A stretch of 64,000 bases of DNA from Halarcobacter sp. (lineage in GTDB: Bacteria > Campylobacterota > Campylobacteria > Campylobacterales > Arcobacteraceae): the NCBI GenBank assembly GCA_048571215.1, contig CP182352.1:1600001-1664000 (forward strand). Direction: 5' to 3'. Below the pieces are notes generated by a model. It was not told the origin of the DNA. It made no database searches and saw nothing but the letters and a program-made list of their open reading frames with translations. A program made the translations under genes and the position numbers. Position 1 is the stretch's first letter. Each line of letters begins with the position of its first letter. Shown here one piece after another: positions 50,792 through 61,744 of the stretch.

Positions 50792-50965
50792 TTACATTTT
50801 AGTACAAATAAGAATAACTACTCCATGCTCAGTAAAAGCGTATGGTGTAGTTCTTGTTTTAGAAAGTTTTGTGGTCACAAACTGTGACCGCAAAACTTCA
50901 AGCTCTTCTTTTGTGAGTAGAAACATGAAATCACTTGGAAGCAGAAGTAATAAGAAAAATTGCAT
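50792..50965 (-). pseudogene. ORF6N DNA-binding domain fragment (57-aa ORF)
   Basis: Manual translation MQFFLLLLLPSDFMFLLTKEELEVLRSQFVTTKLSKTRTTPYAFTEHGVVILICTKM* carries the ORF6N motifs DFMF, RSQFVT and PYAFTE.GV. Confidence 0.75.
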
Positions 50966-50978
50966 AATATAATTAAAT

Positions 50979-52079
50979 TTAAAAGTTTCTAATTAAATCT
51001 TCATATACTTTACAAAGACCTTCAACCTCTTTTACTGTAGTTCTCTCACCAACACTATGAATAGTATCATTTATAACACCAAACTCTATGGCTTCGATTC
51101 CAAATGCTCCAAAATATCTAGCATCACTTGTTCCACCAGCAGTTGAGTGTTTTGTAGTTACGTTAAGAATTTCTTTAATAGAGTTTTCCATAGCCTTAAC
51201 TACTTTTGATTCTTTATTTGTTACAAAAGGAAATGAACCTTGTGTTGTTCTAAAGTCATATTCTAAGCCTTCTAAATTCTTATGAATAAACTCTTCTACA
51301 GACTCTCTTGTTGTATTTGTTGAATTTCTTACATTGAACATAAGTTTCAAATCAGGTGGTGTTACATTTGTAACTTCCATACCACCTCTAATATCTGTAA
51401 TTACCATCTTACTTGGAGCAAAGTATTCATCACCATCATCTAAGTTATACCCTGCTAGTTTTGGTAAAATTGAGGCAAAATTATGCACAGGGTTGATACA
51501 CTTTTCTGGATATGCCGCATGTCCTTGCTTACCCTTTATAGTGATATATCCATTTATACTTCCACGTCTTCCTACTTTAATAGCATCACCAAAAACCTCT
51601 TCACAAGTTGGTTCTGCCACAACTGCATATTGAGGTATAAAGTCTATCTCTTTTAGGTGTTCAAGCATTTTGATAGTTCCGTAAGTTCCTTCACCCTCTT
51701 CATCACTTGTCATAAGAATAGAAAGTGTTCCATCAAAATCTTGGGCATGTTTACAAGCATATAAAAAAGCAGCATCTCCACTTTTCATATCTTGTGTTCC
51801 CCTTGCAGTTATAACTCCATCTATAATATCTGCTACAAATGGGTCTACATCCCACCCCTCACCTACAGGAACCACATCTATATGTCCTGCAAAACAAAGG
51901 TGTTGAGGATTGTCATTGAATTTTTTATAATAAAATCTATTTTTCACACCTTGCATATCAACTTTTATACAGTTCCAAGTATCACCTAAATACTCTTGTA
52001 TAAAATCAAAAGCCCCATCATCATCTGGGGTAATAGACTTAAATCTTAATAATTTTTGAAATAGCTCAATTACTGTCAT
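50979..52079 (-). CDS. dapE: Succinyl-diaminopimelate desuccinylase
   Basis: FAGHIDVVP, RGTQDMK, TSDEEG, GRRGS, GGTSDAR and TIH. Confidence 0.95.
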   Translation of the reverse strand: MTVIELFQKLLRFKSITPDDDGAFDFIQEYLGDTWNCIKVDMQGVKNRFYYKKFNDNPQHLCFAGHIDVVPVGEGWDVDPFVADIIDGVITARGTQDMKSGDAAFLYACKHAQDFDGTLSILMTSDEEGEGTYGTIKMLEHLKEIDFIPQYAVVAEPTCEEVFGDAIKVGRRGSINGYITIKGKQGHAAYPEKCINPVHNFASILPKLAGYNLDDGDEYFAPSKMVITDIRGGMEVTNVTPPDLKLMFNVRNSTNTTRESVEEFIHKNLEGLEYDFRTTQGSFPFVTNKESKVVKAMENSIKEILNVTTKHSTAGGTSDARYFGAFGIEAIEFGVINDTIHSVGERTTVKEVEGLCKVYEDLIRNF

Positions 52080-52262
52080 TTATATCCTTTAATATCTTTC
52101 GTATTTTATCTAAGTTAGCATTAAATCATAAATCTTTTACCTTGAGTTTAAAAATTTAAATTTACTTATAATTTTTTTATATTTTTTAATTAGATATATA
52201 TATAACCATATCTATCAATGTTATTTTGTTATAATAATCTAAACCTAATGTAAGGATTTATC

Positions 52263-55022
52263 GTGAAAAATAATAAAATACTAAAAGTGTTACTCTCAAT
52301 ATTGGCAATTTATTCAATCTTAGGTTTTATAGTTTTACCTTTAATAGTAAAATCCCAATTAGAAAAAATTTTAACAGAAAAACTCACCCAACAAGTTAGT
52401 ATAGATAGTATTAGCTTTAATCCTTTTTTACTAAACTTTTCCCTAAATAAAGTAAAAGTTTATAATGATAAAAATACAACTATTAGTTTTAATACACTTT
52501 ATGTTGATTTTTTCTTAATTAAATCTCTAGATGAAAAACATATTAGTTTTAAAAACTTTTGGATTGATGACTTATATGTTAACTTAGTTGAAAATAGTGA
52601 TGGTACTTTTAATCTACAAAAACTATTAAAAGATGACAAAACAAATAAAGAGCAAGTAAAGGATGATGCTTCAAGTACTGATATAAAATTTCAGATATTA
52701 AGAACTTCACTTTCAAATGCAAAAATCAAATATACAAAATATTTTGAAAATAAAAAACCACTAAGGGTGGATATAAACCCTATAAATTATACTCTTTATG
52801 ATTTGGGTACCTATAAAAATGCTTTAGCATCCCATAGTCTAAATCTAAAAATCAACAATAAAACAGCTTTAAAAATTGATGGAGGTCTTAGACTTATCCC
52901 TTTTGAGATGTATGGAAAACTTAATTTGACAAAACTGCATCCAACAGATTTTATAAGATATAAAGATGAAAATCTAAATTTCAATCTAAACAATGATAGT
53001 TATATAAATCTAGCATTAGGTTATAGATTAAATACAAAAGAGAAACTTACAGTTGAGATAAATAACTCAACTCTTGATCTATATAAGCTTAAAATTATGC
53101 AAGAGAATAAAGATTTAATTAGCTTTGATAGATTTAGTATAGGTGATTTAAACTATATCTATCCCCAAAATAATCTGAAAATAGATAATGTAAACTTAGA
53201 TAAACTATATTCAAGTGTTATTATGGATAAAAACTCAAATATCAATCTTACAAGTTTAATAAAACAAAATAAACAAGAGAAGAATACTGCAGAAGAAACC
53301 TCCTCTTTGGAACCTTTAGACATAACTATAAACGATATAAATCTAAATAACTCAAAGGTTGAATTTAGAGATTTAAAATCTCTATTAAATATTGATTTAA
53401 AAAATATCAATATAAATCTAAAAGACTCAAGTGTTACAAATGATAAAATCAAAGTTGCAAACTTAAAGCTTAGAAAACTTGATCTTGCTCTAAAAGATAA
53501 AAAAAATAAACTAGATTTGGATATAAATGATTTAGGTATAAATGTCGATAATATTTCAAAGCTAGCTAATAAATCCCTTATAGATAAAATAAATTTATCA
53601 AATGAAAACATGAGTTTTTTTAATAAAGAAGCAAATACTAAAATAGATGCTAAAAATATAGATTTAGATATTAATAACTTAGCATATATTGATGATAAAC
53701 TTACAATAAAAAGTTCACAACTTCTAAAACCAAATGTTGCTATAACACTAAATAAATCTAATAAAAAAGAATCAAAATCAAAGCCAAAAGAAGTTAAAAA
53801 AACTAAAAAAAGTGATAGTAGTTTTGGTTTTGATATAGGACCTTTTAAAGTTATAGATGCAAAAATGAGTTTCCAAGATAAAAATTTACCAATACCATTT
53901 AAAACAAATGTAACTCAACTAAATGGCGACTTTTCTCAATTAAACTCAAATAGTTCAAAACCAACAAAACTAAAACTAGAAGGAAAAGTTGATAAATATG
54001 GATATAGTAAAATTACGGGAATTGTAGATATAAATGATATTAAACTTTTAACCGATACAAATTTATTATTTAAAAATATTGCTATTAAAAACTTTACTCC
54101 ATATTCTGGTAAATTTGTTGGTAGAGAGATAGCTAGTGGTAAACTAAACTTGGATCTAAGATACAATATCAAAAATTCAAATCTAAAAGCCAAAAATTCA
54201 ATTGTAATAAATGATATAAAATTTGGTAAAAAAGTAAAAAGTCCTGATGCAGTCAATCTACCCTTAGATTTAGCTATAGCTTTATTAGAAGATTCTGACG
54301 GAGTAATTAATATTGATTTACCAGTTCAAGGTAATGTTGATGATCCACAGTTTTCATTAGCTCCAATAGTTTGGAAAGCCTTTACCAATTTAATTGCAAA
54401 AGCTATCACTTCACCATTTAGATTACTTGGTTCAATTTTTGGTATAAGTGCAGATGATATAAGCAGTTTAGAATTTGAATTTGGTTCAGATAAAATTTTA
54501 GCCTCAGAAAAAGAATCTTTAGATAATATTGCAAAAATTCTTTCAAAAAAACCAAAACTTGCTATAAAAATAATACCTTCATATCATGAAAATAAAGATA
54601 AATTAGCTTTACAAACTATTAAGTTTGATAAAAAAATAAATGAACAAATCAAAAAAATAAAAGGTGAAAATAAAGATAAGTATCTAATAGCAATAGAAGA
54701 AGAGTATAAAACTTTAAAAAAATCAAAAAGCTTAGATGAGTTAAAAAAGGACTTTTTTGTTGAAAATAAAAATAAAAAGAAAGTATTTAACAAAGATGCC
54801 TATCTAAAACATCTAAAATCAATTCTTATTTCTACTCAAACGGTAGAAGTAGAAGAGTTAGAAAAACTTGCTTTACAAAGAGCACAAAATGTTGTTGACT
54901 ACTTAATAAAAGAGAAAAAAATCTCAGCTAACTCTATTTTAATAGAGAAAAAAATCTCAATTCAAAAAGAAAACAAAGATAAATGGGCTGTATTTAAATT
55001 AGAAGTAACAGTAAGAAAATAG
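52263..55022 (+). CDS. DUF748 domain protein (AsmA-like)
   Basis: N-terminal TM, FNPF, PYSGKFVG..GKL and IDLPVQGNVDDPQF. Confidence 0.85.
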   Translation: MKNNKILKVLLSILAIYSILGFIVLPLIVKSQLEKILTEKLTQQVSIDSISFNPFLLNFSLNKVKVYNDKNTTISFNTLYVDFFLIKSLDEKHISFKNFWIDDLYVNLVENSDGTFNLQKLLKDDKTNKEQVKDDASSTDIKFQILRTSLSNAKIKYTKYFENKKPLRVDINPINYTLYDLGTYKNALASHSLNLKINNKTALKIDGGLRLIPFEMYGKLNLTKLHPTDFIRYKDENLNFNLNNDSYINLALGYRLNTKEKLTVEINNSTLDLYKLKIMQENKDLISFDRFSIGDLNYIYPQNNLKIDNVNLDKLYSSVIMDKNSNINLTSLIKQNKQEKNTAEETSSLEPLDITINDINLNNSKVEFRDLKSLLNIDLKNININLKDSSVTNDKIKVANLKLRKLDLALKDKKNKLDLDINDLGINVDNISKLANKSLIDKINLSNENMSFFNKEANTKIDAKNIDLDINNLAYIDDKLTIKSSQLLKPNVAITLNKSNKKESKSKPKEVKKTKKSDSSFGFDIGPFKVIDAKMSFQDKNLPIPFKTNVTQLNGDFSQLNSNSSKPTKLKLEGKVDKYGYSKITGIVDINDIKLLTDTNLLFKNIAIKNFTPYSGKFVGREIASGKLNLDLRYNIKNSNLKAKNSIVINDIKFGKKVKSPDAVNLPLDLAIALLEDSDGVINIDLPVQGNVDDPQFSLAPIVWKAFTNLIAKAITSPFRLLGSIFGISADDISSLEFEFGSDKILASEKESLDNIAKILSKKPKLAIKIIPSYHENKDKLALQTIKFDKKINEQIKKIKGENKDKYLIAIEEEYKTLKKSKSLDELKKDFFVENKNKKKVFNKDAYLKHLKSILISTQTVEVEELEKLALQRAQNVVDYLIKEKKISANSILIEKKISIQKENKDKWAVFKLEVTVRK

Positions 55023-55035
55023 TTTCTTACTGTTA
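55006..55035 (+). terminator. Stem-loop overlapping the DUF748 stop
   Basis: TAACAGTAAGAAA-atag-TTTCTTACTGTTA. Confidence 0.6.
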
Positions 55036-55142
55036 TAATCATAATTTTAACTTATATAACTATCATTTAAAATACTTATAATAAACATTACGATACTATT
55101 CGTAAAATTTATATTTAAAATTATATTAACTAATGGAATCCT

Positions 55143-55694
55143 ATGAATAAAATATTTTATATAATACTTACTTTTATTGTAGTCTTTATTGTATATGGTG
55201 TAGTAAATGAAATAAACAAAGAAACCACAAAAAAAGAAAAACGACTTCCTTGCCAAAAAGAAACAACTACTTTTGAAAAAATTGATAATAAACATCTAAT
55301 AGATGAAGCTATCAATCTTCTAACAAGTGGTAATTTTTTGATTAAATCAAGAATAGAAAAAGCTACTTATATGGAATCAAAAATATTGAATTATATTTCT
55401 ACTAAAAAAGCTGATTTGATTTTGAAAAATAGTATTAATAAATATATTAAAAATAAAAATAGTATGGATAAAAAGTTATTAATTGACTATTATATTTTAG
55501 AAAACGACAAAGAAGATATAGGTAAAAAAGGAACTACTTGTAAACTTTATGCAGGATATTTAGTATTTGAATTTAAATTAGATGATAAATTAATCTATAA
55601 AATTCAAATAGACTTTATGAAGCAAGATACCTCAGATATACCAAATAGAATCGATTGCGTTATAAAATCATTTATTACATTAAAAGGAAAATAA
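55143..55694 (+). CDS. Hypothetical membrane-anchored protein
   Basis: N-terminal TM; YILENDKED.GKK...CKLYAGYL.FEF. Confidence 0.7.
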   Translation: MNKIFYIILTFIVVFIVYGVVNEINKETTKKEKRLPCQKETTTFEKIDNKHLIDEAINLLTSGNFLIKSRIEKATYMESKILNYISTKKADLILKNSINKYIKNKNSMDKKLLIDYYILENDKEDIGKKGTTCKLYAGYLVFEFKLDDKLIYKIQIDFMKQDTSDIPNRIDCVIKSFITLKGK

Positions 55695-55696
55695 GA

Positions 55697-56083
55697 ATGA
55701 AACAAAAAATTTTTAAAGACAAATATCATATTTTTGAAATTGTATTTGAAAAAAGTGAACTAAACTATACAAATGTTGATGAGATTTTAGAAATACTAAA
55801 AAAGAAAATTGATGCCCATCCTGTTATTACTTATATTGCAAACTTTGATCAATTTGCTCAAACCAAAAGAGTTAATGGAGTAATTAGACCTGATATTAAA
55901 GCTGCTAAAAATATCATTTTTTGTTTTGGTAAAGAGATACCAACACCCGAAGTACTTGCAATAAGACCACGAAGTATTGGAGTAGTTGAATTAGAAGATA
56001 GTTTTGTGGTTAACTTTTTAGAAGCACCTAATGAACAAGCAAATGTTCTAATGGAAGAGATGATAAAATCAATAAAAAACTAA
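55697..56083 (+). CDS. DUF6858-like hypothetical protein
   Basis: SD AAAGGA and ATG 55697; IFCFG..LAIRPRSIGV..FLEAP. Confidence 0.65.
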   Translation: MKQKIFKDKYHIFEIVFEKSELNYTNVDEILEILKKKIDAHPVITYIANFDQFAQTKRVNGVIRPDIKAAKNIIFCFGKEIPTPEVLAIRPRSIGVVELEDSFVVNFLEAPNEQANVLMEEMIKSIKN

Positions 56084-56109
56084 AGGTCAAGTATAATCTT
56101 GACTTTTAG
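56080..56109. terminator. Bidirectional stem-loop between convergent genes
   Basis: CTAAAGGTCAAG-tataat-CTTGACTTTTAG. Confidence 0.55.
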
Positions 56110-56110
56110 A

Positions 56111-56932
56111 TTAGCCTTTTTTAAGTAGATTATATGTTGGAAAAGGTATTTGAATATCGTTTTCTTTAAAGGCCTTGTATACACCCAGATTTACTTTATA
56201 TTGAGTTTCAAAATAGTTTTTAGTTACAGCCCAATACCTCATCTCTATATTGATTGAAAAATCACCAAACTCTTTTATTCCTATTTGTGCTTTGGGTTCT
56301 TGTGATACCTCATTACTAAAACCTTTTAATACTTCACTTATCACGTCGATTGCCTTGATAGGATCACACTTATAATCAATCCCCACAACACTTTCAACAA
56401 CTTTATATTCAAAAGAGTTTACAAGAACCTCTCCTATGATGTGTCTATTTGGAATAGTTATAACTTCCCCATCTTCTGTTGATAAAATAGTATATGCCAA
56501 ACGTATCTCTTCAACTACACCACTAACACCCTCTACACTAATTGTATTTCCTACAATAAAAGGACGCCCTATTATTATAGATAAACCTGCTCCATAATTT
56601 GAAAGAGTACCTTGCAGTGCTAAACCAGCTCCAAGTGATGCTGCACCAATACCAGCAATAAAAGGAGTTAATGTAATACCAAGTTTTCCTATAGCTATAA
56701 TAGTAACTCCAATAATCAAACCAAATTTAACAGTATTTACTATAAATTTAGTCAAAGTTACATCTAATTGGTTTCTCTCACATATTTTTCTAATGGCTTC
56801 TGCTATTTTATTGGCAACAAACCATCCTAAAATAAAAATTATAATTGCACCAATAATTTGAAAACTATAATTTACAAAGAATTCAATAATAATATCATAA
56901 TACTTTTGGAAGTTTTGTAGTTCTTGTTCCAT
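56111..56932 (-). CDS. mscS: Small-conductance mechanosensitive channel
   Basis: GLALQGTLSN, RPF.VG, IPN and IPFP. Confidence 0.9.
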   Translation of the reverse strand: MEQELQNFQKYYDIIIEFFVNYSFQIIGAIIIFILGWFVANKIAEAIRKICERNQLDVTLTKFIVNTVKFGLIIGVTIIAIGKLGITLTPFIAGIGAASLGAGLALQGTLSNYGAGLSIIIGRPFIVGNTISVEGVSGVVEEIRLAYTILSTEDGEVITIPNRHIIGEVLVNSFEYKVVESVVGIDYKCDPIKAIDVISEVLKGFSNEVSQEPKAQIGIKEFGDFSINIEMRYWAVTKNYFETQYKVNLGVYKAFKENDIQIPFPTYNLLKKG

Positions 56933-56943
56933 TAAATACTCCT

Positions 56944-59148
56944 TTATAATTTGATAACCTTAGCTCCAAAACCACCTTGTGAAGGATGCGCATCACTATA
57001 TGATTTTACTCTTGGATGGGAATCTAAAAACTTTTTAACTGCATATGAAAGTTTTCCTGTACCTATTCCATGATAAACAAGAACCTCATCAAAACCAGCT
57101 ATTAAAGAATCTGATAAAAACTTATCTAGATTTTCTATAGCTTCATCAGCTCTTTGCCCATGTAAATCTAAAGTTACATGACCAGAATCTGGCTTTTGTA
57201 CTGTAACTGTTGTTTTTGTTTGAGTTTTAATCTTTGGAGGATTTCCACTTCTTTGTAAATCTGCTAATAAAACTTGCACTTTCATACCCATATCATTTTC
57301 TATGTAAGCTTTTTTACCCTTTATAGAGATAAGTGTTCCTTTTGTATTTCTATATTTTACTCTATCCCCTACTTTTAAATCTACTACCTCATCTTGCACT
57401 TTTTCAGTTTTTATAGATTTAACTTTTCCATGGGCTACATTTAGATGTTGATGCCCCTCTTTTGAAATTTTTGCTTTAATAGCTTTTTTTGCTTCTTCTC
57501 TAGCGTCTGTATACTCTTTGTGAAGTTTTGATTTCTCTGAATAGATATGATTATCTAAGGTCTCTTTAGTCTCCTTTAGATTTCTATTTAGTCTTTCATA
57601 CTCCCCTATCTCTTCTTCTAGTTTTGCTATTTTTGTTTTATATTCTATTTCTAAGGCACTACTTCTTTCAATAAGTTCATTTAATCTATCTTTATCTTCT
57701 CCATACACCTCTTTTGCTTTTTTAATTACATTATGAGGTATTCCATATCTATATGCTGTTTCAAAGGCATATGACTTTCCTATGGTTCCTTGTAAAAATT
57801 CATAGGTTGGTTTTCTATTCTCTTCATCATAAAGTGCTGCTACTAACTCCACATCTTTATTTGCTGCCATAAGTGCAGCAAGTCTTTTGTGGTGAGTTGT
57901 TATGATAATTTTAATATCTTTTTGAATTAACTCTTCTATTATCACTTTAAATAAACTTGCTGCTTCATCTGAGTCTGTTCCTAATTCTATCTCATCAACT
58001 CCAACAATAGCACTTTTAGAACTAAATAGCTTTGAAAACTCAACCATACGACCAGCAAAGGTTGAGATATCATTTTTTACACTTTGAGGATCATCTAATA
58101 CTGCATTTATCTCTTTGTATGAACCTATTTGTGTATCTTGATGGGCATAATATGGTATAAGGTATTTAGACATTAATACTGCTGATAAAATAGATTTTAA
58201 CATCATAGTTTTACCACCTGCATTAACCCCAGTAATCATAACAACTGATTTAGAAAAATCTATAGTAATTGGTTTTGCATCATGCAAGGCAGGATGTCTA
58301 AAAGCTATCAACTTATTTACTTGTTTTTTAGAAGGCAAAATAAAGTTTTTGTCACCTTGTTTTGCAAAAAATAGCCTTGCTTGATAATGATCAAACCTAT
58401 CAAACTCTTTATTTATAAATTTTAAAAACATAAGGTTTTTTTCAAAAAGGGAAGATAACTCTTTACATATTTTAAGTAATACCTCTTCTTGTTTATTTTG
58501 TAAATCATTTTGTTTTTGTTTTAGTTGACTTACTGAGTGTGGTATTACATAAAAGAAACCAGCATTTGACCTATCTATAACAGAAGCTTTAAGTACATGA
58601 TTAAACCCACCCCTTACTAAAATACACTCCTCTTGATTTATATAGTGTACTTGAGAATCAACTAAATAAACTCTAATTTTTGAAGAGTTTATTATCTTAT
58701 ATAGGCTTTGTTTAATCTCTTGTTTATTAGCCAAGATAGCATCTTTAATCCTATCAAAGTCTTCATCAACTCCTGATTTAATATTTGACTTCTCATCAAA
58801 GTAATCACAAATCTTAACTATCTCATTTGGGATTATAATTTTATCTATCCACTCTTGTAGTTTTCCCTCAAAGGTAAATCTTTTTAAATATAAAAAATAT
58901 TTTATGATTTTTACAAACTCATATATCTCATATATTTTTAAAATACCCTGCTTTTGGATATGCAGTAGTGCATTATCTAAGCTTTCTATTTTATTAGGTT
59001 GTTTAATATCAAACTTTGATAACTCATTTATAAGTTTAAAGTGAATATTTATATCACCCTCTAAAATAATTGGTTTTTCTCTTGAAAGTAGTTTAGAGAA
59101 AGAATCCATATAATCTTGTAAATCTAATTTTTCAAATATCTCTTGCAT
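56944..59148 (-). CDS. mutS2: Endonuclease MutS2
   Basis: ITGVNAGGKT, STFAG, DEIELGTD, and Smr domain LDLHG..HGIGTG. Confidence 0.93.
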   Translation of the reverse strand: MQEIFEKLDLQDYMDSFSKLLSREKPIILEGDINIHFKLINELSKFDIKQPNKIESLDNALLHIQKQGILKIYEIYEFVKIIKYFLYLKRFTFEGKLQEWIDKIIIPNEIVKICDYFDEKSNIKSGVDEDFDRIKDAILANKQEIKQSLYKIINSSKIRVYLVDSQVHYINQEECILVRGGFNHVLKASVIDRSNAGFFYVIPHSVSQLKQKQNDLQNKQEEVLLKICKELSSLFEKNLMFLKFINKEFDRFDHYQARLFFAKQGDKNFILPSKKQVNKLIAFRHPALHDAKPITIDFSKSVVMITGVNAGGKTMMLKSILSAVLMSKYLIPYYAHQDTQIGSYKEINAVLDDPQSVKNDISTFAGRMVEFSKLFSSKSAIVGVDEIELGTDSDEAASLFKVIIEELIQKDIKIIITTHHKRLAALMAANKDVELVAALYDEENRKPTYEFLQGTIGKSYAFETAYRYGIPHNVIKKAKEVYGEDKDRLNELIERSSALEIEYKTKIAKLEEEIGEYERLNRNLKETKETLDNHIYSEKSKLHKEYTDAREEAKKAIKAKISKEGHQHLNVAHGKVKSIKTEKVQDEVVDLKVGDRVKYRNTKGTLISIKGKKAYIENDMGMKVQVLLADLQRSGNPPKIKTQTKTTVTVQKPDSGHVTLDLHGQRADEAIENLDKFLSDSLIAGFDEVLVYHGIGTGKLSYAVKKFLDSHPRVKSYSDAHPSQGGFGAKVIKL

Positions 59149-59267
59149 TTGGCAATTGTATCTAAAAGAGTTATAATTTTTTATATAATCAAGTAAGTTT
59201 TTATATTTATTTTTTCAATTAATATAGCTTTGAAAAGCTTTTTGATACTATATACCTCTTAAAAGAA

Positions 59268-60260
59268 ATGAATATAGGAAAATACATGATTGAAAAAGAG
59301 GGCTCAATTTTGTCAGTTAGAAAAGATTTAAAAGTTTTTGACTGTACAATTAGAGATGGGGGATTAGTAAATAATTATCATTTTAATGATGAGTTTGTAA
59401 AAGCTCATTATGAGATGTGTGTGGCTGCTGGTATTGATTATATGGAGATTGGTAAAAATGTATCTCCTACCGTTATGAGTGAAGATGAATATGGTTGTTG
59501 GAATTTCTGTAAAGAGGAAGATATAAGAAGAATTGTTGGGGAAAACAATACTGATTTAAAAATTGCAGTTATGGCAGATGTTGGAAGAACTCTAAAAGAG
59601 GAGATTATTCCAAAAGAGGAGAGTGTTGTAGATATGATTAGAGTTGCAACATATATCCACCAACTTCCAGAAGCTATTGAACTAATAGAAGATTTCCATG
59701 CAAAAGGTTACGAAACAACTTGTAATATTATGGCTATTTCAAAATCATTTGACAATGAGTTAAATGAAGTATTGGAACAACTAAGCCAAACAAATGTTGA
59801 TATTATTTATATAGCTGATAGTTTTGGTTCTTTTTACCCAGAACAAATCAATAAACTAACAGACAAATATTTAACAGTTGCAAAAGCATCAGGTAAAAAA
59901 GTTGGTATTCATGCACACAATAATCTATCACTAGCATATGCAAATACACTTGAAGCTATGATTTATGGTACAAGTTATTTAGATGTAACAGTATCAGGAC
60001 TTGGACGAGGGGCTGGAAACTGTGCAATGGAGTTATTATTAGGATTCTTAAAAAACCCTAAATATAAACTATTACCCGTATTAAAATTTATTGAAGATTA
60101 TATAGTTCCACTAGAAAAAGAGCTTGACTGGGGTTGTAGTGTACCGTATATCATAACAGGACACCTAAATGAGCACCCAAGACCTGCTATGAAAGCAAGA
60201 GATGAAGGTGATACAAAATATGTAAACTTTTATAATAAATTAACAGAAGAGTATAGTTAG
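59268..60260 (+). CDS. HMGL-like (DRE-TIM) aldolase
   Basis: DCTIRDGG, ADSFGS, HAHNN and GLGRGAGN. Confidence 0.85.
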   Translation: MNIGKYMIEKEGSILSVRKDLKVFDCTIRDGGLVNNYHFNDEFVKAHYEMCVAAGIDYMEIGKNVSPTVMSEDEYGCWNFCKEEDIRRIVGENNTDLKIAVMADVGRTLKEEIIPKEESVVDMIRVATYIHQLPEAIELIEDFHAKGYETTCNIMAISKSFDNELNEVLEQLSQTNVDIIYIADSFGSFYPEQINKLTDKYLTVAKASGKKVGIHAHNNLSLAYANTLEAMIYGTSYLDVTVSGLGRGAGNCAMELLLGFLKNPKYKLLPVLKFIEDYIVPLEKELDWGCSVPYIITGHLNEHPRPAMKARDEGDTKYVNFYNKLTEEYS

Positions 60261-60276
60261 AAGCAACTATACTCTT
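60247..60276. terminator. Stem-loop between convergent genes
   Basis: AAGAGTATAGTT-agaagc-AACTATACTCTT. Confidence 0.55.
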
Positions 60277-60288
60277 TGAGTTTAAATC

Positions 60289-61623
60289 CTAAATAAAATA
60301 CTGCCAATAAACTAAAGCAATTATAGTTATTAAACTTATACCTAATATATTAAACACAAACCCATATTTAGCCATATCTTTTACCTTTACAACCTTGCTA
60401 CTCATGGCTATAGCATTTGGTGGAGTTGCTATTGGAAGCATAAAAGCATAGGAAGCACAGATTGTAGCTACGAACAATACTAAGGTTATATCCATATTTG
60501 CAGCTTTTCCTAGGGAATAAATAATAGGCAATGCTATAGATATCAAAGCTGTATTTGAAGTAATTTCTGTGGTAAAAGTTATCATAGTAGCTATTATTAG
60601 TATCATTACAAATACTGGTAAATGTGTCAAAGCAAGTAGATTTGAAGCTATCTCTTGGGCAAGTCCTGTTGAGGATACTGCATTTGCTATAGAGAAACCT
60701 GCACCAAATAAAAATATTATCTCATAAGGTATCTTTTTAGTATCTTCCCAAGTTAAAAAACCAAACTTTGGTATGAACATCAAAAGACCAAATCCTAGTA
60801 ATATCCCCTTTTCATTTAAGCCAAGTCCTGAATAATAAGGTTCTATTTTTGAATTAACTAATAATAAAATAATCAAACCAAGAAGAATATACAATAATCT
60901 TTTTTGCTCACTATTTAAAACCATAACATCACTAAAACCCTTTTCAAGTTTAAAATCTTTTACACCTATAGATAATATAAAAGGGATAATTATAAGCATA
61001 ACTAAAGCAAGGGGAGAGGTATATATAATCCAACTAATAAAAGGAATAGGCTCAATTGATTGCTGTTCTAAAAAACCTAATAAGATTAAGTTTGGAGGTG
61101 TTCCTATTGGAGTTACAATTCCACCAATACTAGAACCATATGCGATAGCCAATACAAACCTCATTTTTAGGTCATTATCACTAGTCAAAAACATTGCAAT
61201 AGGAATCAGCAATAAAGCAGTTGTTGTATTGGATAATAAAGAACTTAAAAAAGCTGATGTGACTGCTAAAGAAAATAAAACTCCCTTTGCAGTTTTAGGA
61301 AATATCGATAAAAGTTTTTTAGCTATATATTTATGTAGTTCAGTTTTTTGAGTAGCAACTGCTATCATAAAACCACCAAGAAATAAAAATATTATTGACT
61401 TTGAATAGTTTGCAACTGTTTCATTGGTACTTAATATATCAAAGGATGGGAAAATAATAATAGGAAGTAGTGAAACCACCCCTAATGGTAAAGCTTCATT
61501 TGTCCAAAGAACTACCAATAATATTATAATTGCTAAAAGTGTTGCATGTAGTGGAGTAAAAATAAAAGTTGCAAAAATGTATGTTGCAAAAGTTATTATA
61601 AAAGTAATAAGAATATTTTTCAT
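60289..61623 (-). CDS. SLC13/DASS sodium:dicarboxylate or sulfate symporter
   Basis: SNT, TPIGTPPN and FMLPIATPPNA. Confidence 0.9.
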   Translation of the reverse strand: MKNILITFIITFATYIFATFIFTPLHATLLAIIILLVVLWTNEALPLGVVSLLPIIIFPSFDILSTNETVANYSKSIIFLFLGGFMIAVATQKTELHKYIAKKLLSIFPKTAKGVLFSLAVTSAFLSSLLSNTTTALLLIPIAMFLTSDNDLKMRFVLAIAYGSSIGGIVTPIGTPPNLILLGFLEQQSIEPIPFISWIIYTSPLALVMLIIIPFILSIGVKDFKLEKGFSDVMVLNSEQKRLLYILLGLIILLLVNSKIEPYYSGLGLNEKGILLGFGLLMFIPKFGFLTWEDTKKIPYEIIFLFGAGFSIANAVSSTGLAQEIASNLLALTHLPVFVMILIIATMITFTTEITSNTALISIALPIIYSLGKAANMDITLVLFVATICASYAFMLPIATPPNAIAMSSKVVKVKDMAKYGFVFNILGISLITIIALVYWQYFI

Positions 61624-61716
61624 AAAAAACCTTTTTTGTTTTTAAACTTTAATAATAAATAAATAAACTTAAAATAAAGCTATTTTTATATAAAATTTTT
61701 AGATATATTATTAAAA

Positions 61717-61744
61717 TGATACTTAAGATTAACCTTAAGTATCA
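61717..61744 (-). terminator. Stem-loop after mog
   Basis: TGATACTTAAG-attaac-CTTAAGTATCA. Confidence 0.55.

Noticed and set aside
42584..50965. Prophage or ICE suggested by XRE, ORF6N and IS elements
   Set aside because: No integrase, structural, replication or conjugation genes, and no att sites found.
53100..53760. Repetitive-looking N/D/I/L-rich stretch in DUF748
   Set aside because: Normal beta-strand periodicity of AsmA-like proteins; no exact DNA repeats seen.
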